A stretch of 64,000 bases of DNA from positions 96,001 to 160,000 of IMG/VR virus record IMGVR_UViG_3300030099_006944. One strand, given 5' to 3'. Source of the DNA: a virus. Positions 56,490-64,000 of the stretch are shown here, piece by piece (the first letter of the stretch is position 1; every line of letters starts with the position of its first letter). The notes under the pieces are model-generated. The model worked only from the letters and a program-made list of their open reading frames with translations. It ran no database searches and was not told the DNA's origin. Made by a program: the position numbers and the translations under genes.

Positions 56490-57572
56490 ATGATTTTTAT
56501 ATGGAACTATGCCTTTAGGCATTTAATGAAAAAATATTGGGGAAACAGGTACAGATCGATACCAGTTTTCCATATGGAACTGGCAGGAGATATGCTGGGT
56601 AATTTTAGACATGATAAGAATGGTTTCAACACTATTTGTTTAGCCAACAACCAAGGACTTACAGATAGGCAATTGATGGGTGTTCTATTGCACGAAATGT
56701 GCCACCACGTTGCTTATGAGAAGCATGGAATGGATATTGATGCTCATGGGGCCGAATGGGAAACCGAGATGAAATTTGTAGGGTTTGAATATCCCATAGA
56801 CCAAGACACAGATGGCACAGAATTCTTTTCCGAAGAAGAGTATCAAGAGATACTTCGGTTATTACCCGGAGAACAAGAGACCTTTGAGTGGACTGACTCT
56901 TTGACTTTTATGAAAAAAATGGAAAAGAATTGTGTTGACTTAGTTTTAACCGACCCGCCATATATCATAAGTAAACCTTCGGGATTCAAAAGTGTTAAAG
57001 AAGGAGTGGAGCGTTTTGCTGTGTCGACCGAACATGGAGAATGGGACAAAGAGGAAAATTTTTCTCTGAAAGATTTGCGAGATTCCGTAAAAGAGTATTA
57101 TCGTGTATTAAAGAAGCACGGTACTGCTATTGTCTTTTGCGATCTCTGGAAGATCACAGACGTAAAGCGTATAATGGAAGAAGTAGGCTTTAAGCAAATT
57201 CGCTTCATAGAGTGGCTCAAAACAAATCCGGTCCCTCTCAATTCGAGCAGGAACTATCTTACAAACGCCAGAGAGGTCGCTCTCCTAGGCGTAAAGGTCA
57301 GCAAGCCCACGTTTCATTCGAGCTATGATAATGGGATTTATCAATTACCGATTTGCCACGAGAAAGGTAGGTTTCACCCAACACAAAAGCCTCTTATGCT
57401 GATGCAACTGTTAATAGAAAAACATAGTAACCCGGGAGACGTGGTATTGGACACATTCGCCGGAGCAGCGACCACGCTGCTCGCCGCCAAAAATTTAGGC
57501 CGTGGATTCCTTGGTTGTGAACTTGACGAAGAATTCTTTGTTAAAGCAGAGAAACGACTCTTCGATCTCTAA
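56490..57572 (+). CDS. SprT-like metalloprotease fused to a beta-class amino-DNA methyltransferase
   Basis: N-terminal LLHEMCHH...HGAEW (HExxH zincin); C-terminal LTDPPY, HPTQKP, VLDTFAGAATT, GCEL. Confidence 0.8.
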   Translation: MIFIWNYAFRHLMKKYWGNRYRSIPVFHMELAGDMLGNFRHDKNGFNTICLANNQGLTDRQLMGVLLHEMCHHVAYEKHGMDIDAHGAEWETEMKFVGFEYPIDQDTDGTEFFSEEEYQEILRLLPGEQETFEWTDSLTFMKKMEKNCVDLVLTDPPYIISKPSGFKSVKEGVERFAVSTEHGEWDKEENFSLKDLRDSVKEYYRVLKKHGTAIVFCDLWKITDVKRIMEEVGFKQIRFIEWLKTNPVPLNSSRNYLTNAREVALLGVKVSKPTFHSSYDNGIYQLPICHEKGRFHPTQKPLMLMQLLIEKHSNPGDVVLDTFAGAATTLLAAKNLGRGFLGCELDEEFFVKAEKRLFDL

Positions 57573-57602
57573 TTATTAAAGCAATATTAGGAGGGATTAT
57601 GA

Positions 57603-57878
57603 ATGGAGGCGATAATTGAGGGCTTGGCCCAATATGGACCATTGGGTCTTTGGACTGCATCTTTGCTTTGGATGAACTGGCAGCAACGCAAAGATCAAAA
57701 AGAAGATGAAGAAAGAGCAGCCGATCGATTGCGGTATTACCAAGAAAACATCATAACAAGACTTGAAAATCAAGAAAAAATGCTCGAAAGGGCACTAATT
57801 AAGTTGGACGACGGTCTTAGTGCTATGCGTGAAAAATATGCCGAAGATCGTATAATGCGAATGAAGGGTGACAAATGA
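57603..57878 (+). CDS. Small membrane-anchored coiled-coil protein (holin-like)
   Basis: LAQYGPLGLWTASLLWM hydrophobic N-terminus followed by a charged coiled coil. Confidence 0.45.
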   Translation: MEAIIEGLAQYGPLGLWTASLLWMNWQQRKDQKEDEERAADRLRYYQENIITRLENQEKMLERALIKLDDGLSAMREKYAEDRIMRMKGDK

Positions 57879-59452
57879 AAAAAAAGACATTATATAAATT
57901 AATCGAACAAGTCTTAAATGAGGCTGAAATTAAAGAACTAATGGCATCGGCAGACCCAGATTATATTGCGCAAGCTGTCGACATTGCCGTTATGCTTGGA
58001 GACGAAGAAAAACAACAAGTCATTGATGGATTTTTGCAGTTAAAGGCAGAAGATTTTTTATACAGTGCACACACCTTAATGGAAGAAGACGATGAATTCT
58101 CAGTAAGGCAGATGATGCCGATTTACGATACAGTCAAATACACACTCCTTAGTGTCTTTAGAAAACGCAGAATGCCTACTATCACTAGAAACCAAGACGC
58201 GTCACCATGGCTGTTGGAGCAAGCTTATTTGTTTCTGAATAGACTACATCAGAAAAAAGCGGCAGACAGAGACATGCTGTATTTAGCAAAAAACCCAGCA
58301 ACACCAGTTAAAGTATTGAATAGATTGAAAACATACTGGATGGCCGAGGTTAGAAAATCTGCCGAGAATAACTTATCATCACGTGATCCATTAGAAGAAA
58401 AAAAGAAGCGCAAGAAGAAAGAAAAGACCAAGAAGGATGCTTGCTATCATAAGGTGAAGTCGCGTTATGATGTTTGGCCGTCTGCTTATGCTTCCGGCGC
58501 TCTTGTTAAATGTCGCAAAGTCGGAGCAAAGAATTGGGGTAACTCAAAGAAAGAATCTTTGGGCGAAGCAGAAATTACCGACGACGAAAAAGAAGAACTG
58601 AAAGATATTTCAAAGCAACTAAAAGGCGCCGTTAAGGCTCACGGTAAGCAGGCAAAGACAATTGACAAAGCAATTAAAAAAGAAGGCAAGAAAAACTGCG
58701 GCTGCGGTCAAGATCCCTGTAAGACATATGGTATTCAAGAACAAAAAACTGAGGAACTTGAAGAGCGATGCCAAAAGGGATATAAGACCCACGACACGCA
58801 AAAAACAAAAGAAATGTTTGGAAGAACATATCGTAATTGTGTAAAAGCCGAAGAGGGCCAACTAGACGAAGAGGGATTGAAGGCTTGGTTTGATGATGCC
58901 GATGGTGATGGACAAAGCGGCTGGGAGCAAATTGGCGGTAAATACGATGGTAAACCGTGTGCCAAGCAGCCCGGACAAAAAACCAAGCCAAAATGTGCAT
59001 CCCCAGAAAAAGCAGCATCAATGACCAAAAAAGAAAGAGATAGTGCTGCTAGAAGAAAAAGAAAAAAAGATCCGAATCCAAATCGCAAAGGTAAAGCAAA
59101 AAACGTTAACACAGACCCAAAGAAAGAATCTCTATATAGAATCATCGAAGCGGTCATCGAAGAAATGAATAACGAACTTGCCGAGGCGGAACTGGAAGAA
59201 AAGAAAAATTCAAAGTGCACCAAGGCTACAAAGAAAGCATCATCCACCCGCAAAGGAAAGAAGTGGATGAAGTGTGTAAAGAGCGACAGTGGTGGATACA
59301 AAAGAATTCACTGGGGACAAAAGGGCGTAAGAGTTACCGGTAAATCTGGTAACACAAAAAGAAAGAAATCATTTAAGGCTAGACACAATTGTTCCAAGGC
59401 AAAATCGAATACACCACAAGGCCAAGCGTGTAAAGATTGGGCGGAAGAATAA
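57875..59452 (+). CDS. Modular basic, Cys-containing protein with a capsid-targeting-like leader
   Basis: Short K/C-rich modules separated by LEE/LGE/IQE/LDE; see findings. Confidence 0.7.
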   Translation: MKKKTLYKLIEQVLNEAEIKELMASADPDYIAQAVDIAVMLGDEEKQQVIDGFLQLKAEDFLYSAHTLMEEDDEFSVRQMMPIYDTVKYTLLSVFRKRRMPTITRNQDASPWLLEQAYLFLNRLHQKKAADRDMLYLAKNPATPVKVLNRLKTYWMAEVRKSAENNLSSRDPLEEKKKRKKKEKTKKDACYHKVKSRYDVWPSAYASGALVKCRKVGAKNWGNSKKESLGEAEITDDEKEELKDISKQLKGAVKAHGKQAKTIDKAIKKEGKKNCGCGQDPCKTYGIQEQKTEELEERCQKGYKTHDTQKTKEMFGRTYRNCVKAEEGQLDEEGLKAWFDDADGDGQSGWEQIGGKYDGKPCAKQPGQKTKPKCASPEKAASMTKKERDSAARRKRKKDPNPNRKGKAKNVNTDPKKESLYRIIEAVIEEMNNELAEAELEEKKNSKCTKATKKASSTRKGKKWMKCVKSDSGGYKRIHWGQKGVRVTGKSGNTKRKKSFKARHNCSKAKSNTPQGQACKDWAEE

Positions 59453-59470
59453 AAAACTTCACCAAAAAAC

Positions 59471-59499
59471 TTGACAAACATCCTCCAACCAGTTATATT
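59471..59499 (+). promoter_or_regulatory. Sigma70-like promoter (uvsE)
   Basis: TTGACA-N17-TATATT. Confidence 0.8.
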
Positions 59500-59531
59500 A
59501 TATACATAACACAAACACATTGGAGGACACA

Positions 59532-60473
59532 ATGACTAACTATCGACTAGGCTATGCCTGTATAAACATGACGCTTGGTGCGCAAAAGCCCAAGGTTACA
59601 ACTAACCGCTCTATGATCAAGCGAACTTTCAAAGAGAAAGGTATCGCTTATGCTTCTGAGCTAGCTCTGCAAAATGTCAAGGACTTGAAGTCAATCCTTG
59701 AATGGAATTTGAAGAATGACATCACGTTCTTTCGCATGTCATCAGATATCTTCCCATGGGCTTCCGAGTATCAACTCGAAGACCTACCTGACTTTACTGA
59801 GATCGAAGAGATTTTATTTGAATGTGGTCTGTTTGCCGAAGAACACAACATGCGCCTCACAACGCATCCCGGCCCATTCAACAAACTTTGCTCACCAAAC
59901 GAGCAAGTGGTGCTAAACACCATCCGTGATCTAGAAATTCACGGTAAACTAATGGACTTGTTGTGCCAACCACGCACACCAAAAGCCAAAATCAACATTC
60001 ACGTTGGAGGTGCATACAATGATAAACCTATGGCCCTTGGCAATTTTTGCCGGAACTTCGCTAAGTTATCAGATGCTGTACGGTCTCGACTGACTGTAGA
60101 GAACGACGACAAAGAGTCGCTATATTCAACCCAAGAGTTGTACGATGGTATATTCAAAAAGATAGGCATCCCCATTGTACATGACTACCACCATCATCAT
60201 TTTTGTACTGGTGGTTTGTCTCAACTGGATGCCGTTGAATTGGCTCTCTCTACGTGGGGTGATGTTCGCCCTGTTGTTCATTACAGTCAGTCACGTTCCG
60301 TGGAGCACAACGACCCCAAGATCAGAGCCAATGCTCACTCAGACTCTTACTGGACTCCGATTGATACCTTTGGTTTTGATATGGACGTGATGCTAGAATG
60401 TAAACACAAGGAGCTAGGTCTATTCAAAATGCGAGAATTAATGGCGGAAAATTTACAATTAGCAGCGAAATAA
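59532..60473 (+). CDS. uvsE: UV-damage endonuclease (UVDE)
   Basis: LGYACIN, FFRMSSDIFP, RLTTHPGPF, RLTVENDDK, VHDYHHH, HYS..R...HSD, DVMLECKHKE. Confidence 0.95.
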   Translation: MTNYRLGYACINMTLGAQKPKVTTNRSMIKRTFKEKGIAYASELALQNVKDLKSILEWNLKNDITFFRMSSDIFPWASEYQLEDLPDFTEIEEILFECGLFAEEHNMRLTTHPGPFNKLCSPNEQVVLNTIRDLEIHGKLMDLLCQPRTPKAKINIHVGGAYNDKPMALGNFCRNFAKLSDAVRSRLTVENDDKESLYSTQELYDGIFKKIGIPIVHDYHHHHFCTGGLSQLDAVELALSTWGDVRPVVHYSQSRSVEHNDPKIRANAHSDSYWTPIDTFGFDMDVMLECKHKELGLFKMRELMAENLQLAAK

Positions 60474-60475
60474 AC

Positions 60476-60504
60476 TTGACAAACTAAGCATAACAGGTTA
60501 TGTT
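60476..60504 (+). promoter_or_regulatory. Sigma70-like promoter (R-M pair)
   Basis: TTGACA-N17-TATGTT. Confidence 0.75.
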
Positions 60505-60531
60505 ATATATAACACAAACATGGAGGACAAC

Positions 60532-61125
60532 ATGGATTATATAAAACCATTTAAAGAAGCACGTAAAGTGGAACTGCAATTAAACGAAGAAGGTAAGTCT
60601 GGGAACCGCTCTTCACAAAGGACAGATGTTCTCAATGATTATACCATTGAGCTAATCAAAAAACACATCCCAGAGAACAACTTGAATCAGTGGAGATTTG
60701 AAACCGAGGAAAACATAGATTGTTCTCGCGGTGACACTTTTTCAATTGACGTCCTGTGCTATCACAACGATCAATTGAAGTGTTTGCTTCTGTTGAAGGC
60801 TATCGGCAGTTCCTATAATAAAAATAGGCACAACTACGCAAACACTGTTGAAGGTGAGTGTGCACGAATCTTTGATTACGAAGAGAGAGAAGATGGTTTA
60901 TCTGTTATTTTCATCGACTGGATTCCCAACAAGGTCCCAGCAGGAACCAAAATGGAAACTCCAAATATTCCCGATTTAACAAAATCAGAGAAAAGGTGGA
61001 ATAGTTTTTTAGCCGACAGAGATTCGTCTGTTTCTTTCTGCAAAGTTAGATTTGATTTGGGGACATACAAAAACATATCCGGTGCTGATAAGTTAAAAGA
61101 ATCTTTGGTTAGGAGTTTTTCATGA
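60532..61125 (+). CDS. Putative PD-(D/E)xK restriction endonuclease
   Basis: E...IDV....LLLKA pattern; translationally coupled (ATGA overlap) to a methyltransferase. Confidence 0.45.
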   Translation: MDYIKPFKEARKVELQLNEEGKSGNRSSQRTDVLNDYTIELIKKHIPENNLNQWRFETEENIDCSRGDTFSIDVLCYHNDQLKCLLLLKAIGSSYNKNRHNYANTVEGECARIFDYEEREDGLSVIFIDWIPNKVPAGTKMETPNIPDLTKSEKRWNSFLADRDSSVSFCKVRFDLGTYKNISGADKLKESLVRSFS

Positions 61126-62543
61126 AAGAATTATATGAATATGAAGATCTTTTAGACAAAGACAAAAAGAAGAAGATGGGAATCACTTATACTCCCGAAA
61201 AAATTGTGCATTATATTAATGAAGCATGCTTAAAAGCGTGGACCGGCAAAAATCCCCCAAAAGTTGTTGATTTTAGCGCCGGAACAGGCGTTTTTTTGGT
61301 AGATATGGCTAAAAAGATAAGCGAGAGATACAACATTTCTCTTGGTGAAGTGTATAGGCAATATATATTTGCAAATGATTTGGACGTAGAAGCAGTAAAT
61401 CTGTTTAGTTCTACCACTGGCTGTAAAAACATAACCACCGTTGATGGACTAGGTTTCGATTTATCAGAATATGATATAATCATTGGTAACCCACCATATG
61501 TAAAGATACAGAATCTTTCCAAAGAAGATCAGACAAGAATAAGAAATTTTTCTTGGTGCAAAACTGGAAATACCGATCTTTATATTGCTTTTTGCGAAAT
61601 GATGTGTACGTCTGGTAAGATTTTTGGTTTTATTTGCCCGAACAGTTGGCAAAAGACCGCAACAGGACAAGAAATGCGTAATTGGTTCTTGAATTCAAAA
61701 ATTATTTCTACATTTGTTGACTTCCGACACAAGAAAGTCTTCGATGTCTCAGCGTACACTAGTATACTGTTGTCCGATTCTATCAAAAAGGAATCTTATG
61801 TGTTTCAAACGGATTTGGACTCTGACACGGAAACAAAAAAATTTGATGAAGTAACAGCAGATGACTTCTTTTTGTATACAACCGAGAACACCTTTATAAA
61901 ACAGAACAAAGAGAAGAGTAATTTATTGTTCGATAAGTGCTCAATGAAAGTGGGTATAGCAACACTGGCTGATGGTGTGTATTTCCTCAAAGATTGTAAA
62001 ATTTCCGGGAAACTTGTGTTGTTCGGCGAAGAGAAGATAGAAAAAGCCGTGGTTAAACATTGCTATAAGGCTTCTAAATTAGTCAGATATGATGATGACA
62101 CTCATGACATGATTATATATCCATATGACAACAAGAAGAGTCTTATACCTGAAAGAACCATGAAGAAAAAATACCCATTAGCGTATAAATATCTAGAAAA
62201 ACACAAGGAAAAACTATTACAACGTGATGCAGGAAAGTTCAAAAAGAAGTGCAACGAAGGTAAAGCGGTCTGGTATGAATACGGAAGAACACAGGGCTTG
62301 GGATTGAAATCCAAAAAGATTTTGATATCTCCCATAATGTGTAAAAAATATTTTATGTCGATTGATGATGGTCTCTTTATGTCTGGTTATTGCTTAGAGG
62401 TCAAAAAAGACTCTGATTATGAAGATGTACTAGCTGCAATTCAGCAAGAAGATTTTAAAAAATGGGTGCACCTATTTGGATCCCCAAAGAGCGGCGGATA
62501 TTATTCCTTGAACAAAGCCGCATTGAAAAAATATCGTTATTAA
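61122..62543 (+). CDS. Gamma-class N6-adenine DNA methyltransferase (Eco57I/TaqI-like)
   Basis: YTP, VVDFSAGTGVFL, ANDLD, IIGNPPY, DLYIAF, C-terminal WYEYGR target-recognition segment. Confidence 0.9.
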   Translation: MKELYEYEDLLDKDKKKKMGITYTPEKIVHYINEACLKAWTGKNPPKVVDFSAGTGVFLVDMAKKISERYNISLGEVYRQYIFANDLDVEAVNLFSSTTGCKNITTVDGLGFDLSEYDIIIGNPPYVKIQNLSKEDQTRIRNFSWCKTGNTDLYIAFCEMMCTSGKIFGFICPNSWQKTATGQEMRNWFLNSKIISTFVDFRHKKVFDVSAYTSILLSDSIKKESYVFQTDLDSDTETKKFDEVTADDFFLYTTENTFIKQNKEKSNLLFDKCSMKVGIATLADGVYFLKDCKISGKLVLFGEEKIEKAVVKHCYKASKLVRYDDDTHDMIIYPYDNKKSLIPERTMKKKYPLAYKYLEKHKEKLLQRDAGKFKKKCNEGKAVWYEYGRTQGLGLKSKKILISPIMCKKYFMSIDDGLFMSGYCLEVKKDSDYEDVLAAIQQEDFKKWVHLFGSPKSGGYYSLNKAALKKYRY

Positions 62544-62544
62544 C

Positions 62545-62573
62545 TTGACAAACTAAACATAACACGTTATATT
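62545..62573 (+). promoter_or_regulatory. Sigma70-like promoter (GHKL ATPase)
   Basis: TTGACA-N17-TATATT. Confidence 0.8.
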
Positions 62574-62608
62574 ATAGATATAAAATAAAAAAGACATTGG
62601 AGGAAAAT

Positions 62609-64000
62609 ATGTCAAAAGGATATAAAATACAAATGAACGATGCTGCAGCAGTGTCACAAGTGATCAATCACCTTAGCACAGGTATACCAAAAGAAATGGC
62701 CCTGAGGGAACTTGTGATCAATGGAATTGAAGCATGTGGTAGAAATACGGCAGAATCTGACCAACATTGTGTCTTGGTTGTTAAAGATCATCAGCTCAAC
62801 AACAAACTATCTGTTATAAACACTGGCGGTGACTTTTTGAGCCAAAAAGTTTTTCAAGATAATTTAGCAACTTTAGGTAAAACTGGAAATTTAGTTGGCG
62901 AAGACTATGTTTTGGATAATAATAAGGGAATCGGTGCGAAAATTTCATATTTACCAAAGGCAAGACTTGGACTACTTTATAGATCAGTCGAGAAGGGTGA
63001 AGAAGAAGGTATATTTGCGCGAATGTGCGATAATGGTAATGGAATTTATCACCTACCAACTTTTGAATGTGAATACACTGGAGACCAAACTTCTTGGCCA
63101 ATATGCGACTCTTTTTCTGAATATAGAAGCAACTCAACCACCACAGAAGTTGTAACAATGGGAGACAATATAGATCAGGACACTTGGTTAGATTTTGACC
63201 AAACTTGTTCCCTAAGAAAGGCAAGTACAGATGGTGGTACTGGATACGGTGTCTTCAGGTATTTAACCCATAGATTATGGACTCAACCGCAAGCACCAGT
63301 TAAAGTTGGCATATATGAAAAGTCCACCGGCGATTTATCTAGATTGGCAACAGTGAACGGTCTTAAATCGTTTATGATCAAAAAGGGTTGTAAACAATAT
63401 GGCACAGTCAATTTTAAATACAATGATAAGATAGATATCGTAGCACACTGGAGTATTATTAAAGATGCAAAAGATTCGGGATATTCATCTAATTGGTCAG
63501 CGTCTGGCTATACTGGAATTGCTTGGAAAGGAGAGGTTTACTCTGACTTTAAACAACATCATTTATCAGTCAAGAAAGATTTAAATGATTGTGGTGTTAT
63601 AATAAAATATAACAAAGTTCTTATTATTTTTGAAATAAGAGATGATGTTCAATTAAACACCAATTCCGGTAGAACCGAACTTTTTGATGGTGATAGCAAA
63701 ATAGACAAAACTTTGTTGCATGATTTGTTTAGAGAAAACTTTCCACAAAAATTGAGAGAATGGCAAGAAGAAAATCAACTGAAAGATGAAAACTCCGAAG
63801 ATCTAATGAAGCAAATCGCTAAAGATATGAAAGGGCTTGGTTTTGGTTCGTCTAAAAAAGGGACTGTCTCCACGCAAAGTCCACTGAAGATTGCCAGGAC
63901 ATCTAATCACAAAAGTATTCCTGCTTTAAAATCAGCCGCAGTAAAAAGCAAATCAATGAAAAAAATAAATTCTGCTACGAATTTAAGAAACTATAAGCCA
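62609..64000 (+). CDS. GHKL (MORC/Hsp90-like) ATPase, truncated by the window end (absent from the ORF track)
   Basis: Open frame for 464 codons; ALRELVINGIEA (motif I), INTGG (motif II), NKGIGAK (motif III); GGAGG RBS. Confidence 0.8.
   Translation, partial: MSKGYKIQMNDAAAVSQVINHLSTGIPKEMALRELVINGIEACGRNTAESDQHCVLVVKDHQLNNKLSVINTGGDFLSQKVFQDNLATLGKTGNLVGEDYVLDNNKGIGAKISYLPKARLGLLYRSVEKGEEEGIFARMCDNGNGIYHLPTFECEYTGDQTSWPICDSFSEYRSNSTTTEVVTMGDNIDQDTWLDFDQTCSLRKASTDGGTGYGVFRYLTHRLWTQPQAPVKVGIYEKSTGDLSRLATVNGLKSFMIKKGCKQYGTVNFKYNDKIDIVAHWSIIKDAKDSGYSSNWSASGYTGIAWKGEVYSDFKQHHLSVKKDLNDCGVIIKYNKVLIIFEIRDDVQLNTNSGRTELFDGDSKIDKTLLHDLFRENFPQKLREWQEENQLKDENSEDLMKQIAKDMKGLGFGSSKKGTVSTQSPLKIARTSNHKSIPALKSAAVKSKSMKKINSATNLRNYKP

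Noticed and set aside
62895-63155. 86-aa plus-strand ORF, and similar short off-frame plus-strand ORFs inside large genes (11425, 12034, 16678, 17644, 23007, 29167, 46451, 59716)
   Set aside because: They are nested out of frame within well-supported CDSs, with no RBS or motif.
161-63224. All minus-strand ORFs in the track (for example 2112..2672, 8776..9636, 58735..59301)
   Set aside because: They are antisense shadows of biased plus-strand genes, lack RBSs and motifs, and every promoter and terminator found is oriented to the + strand.
1-64000. Alternative genetic code (TAG/TGA reassignment, as in some large phages)
   Set aside because: Conserved genes are full length in the standard code, and TAG and TGA end genes at expected positions (dnaB TAG, thyX TAG, tape chaperone TGA, ssb TAA).

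Overview
A 64-kb segment of a large T4-like (contractile-tailed) dsDNA phage genome. All credible genes are on the + strand and read in the standard bacterial code. Bases 1-37.7 kb hold the virion module: terminase C-terminus, portal, prohead protease, a ribosomal protein bS21 homologue, three long fibre-like proteins, scaffold, major capsid, neck, sheath, two tube paralogues, tail chaperone, tape measure and baseplate. Bases 37.7-64 kb hold replication, nucleotide and accessory genes: a short family-A polymerase, a divergent tubulin/FtsZ-like protein, SSB, FKBP PPIase, RecA, 5'-3' exonuclease, DnaB, class II RNR, an Hc1-like protein, GroES, ThyX, a J-domain protein, tmRNA, tRNA-Gly, ClpS, a SprT-methyltransferase fusion, UvsE, a putative restriction-modification pair and a GHKL ATPase. 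Two regulatory motifs recur: sigma70-like TTGACA-N17-TATATT promoters and a putative late motif (A)CTANTTA. The most interesting inferred system is a set of proteins with capsid-targeting-like N-terminal leaders ending in [ILV]-x-E, which resembles T4 gp21 protease sites. Several of these sit among early genes behind their own late motif. One looks like a polyprotein of small basic, Cys-containing modules separated by L-x-E sites, and another would expose a twin-arginine (Tat) signal after cleavage. All family calls come from motif recognition by eye; no database searches were run.
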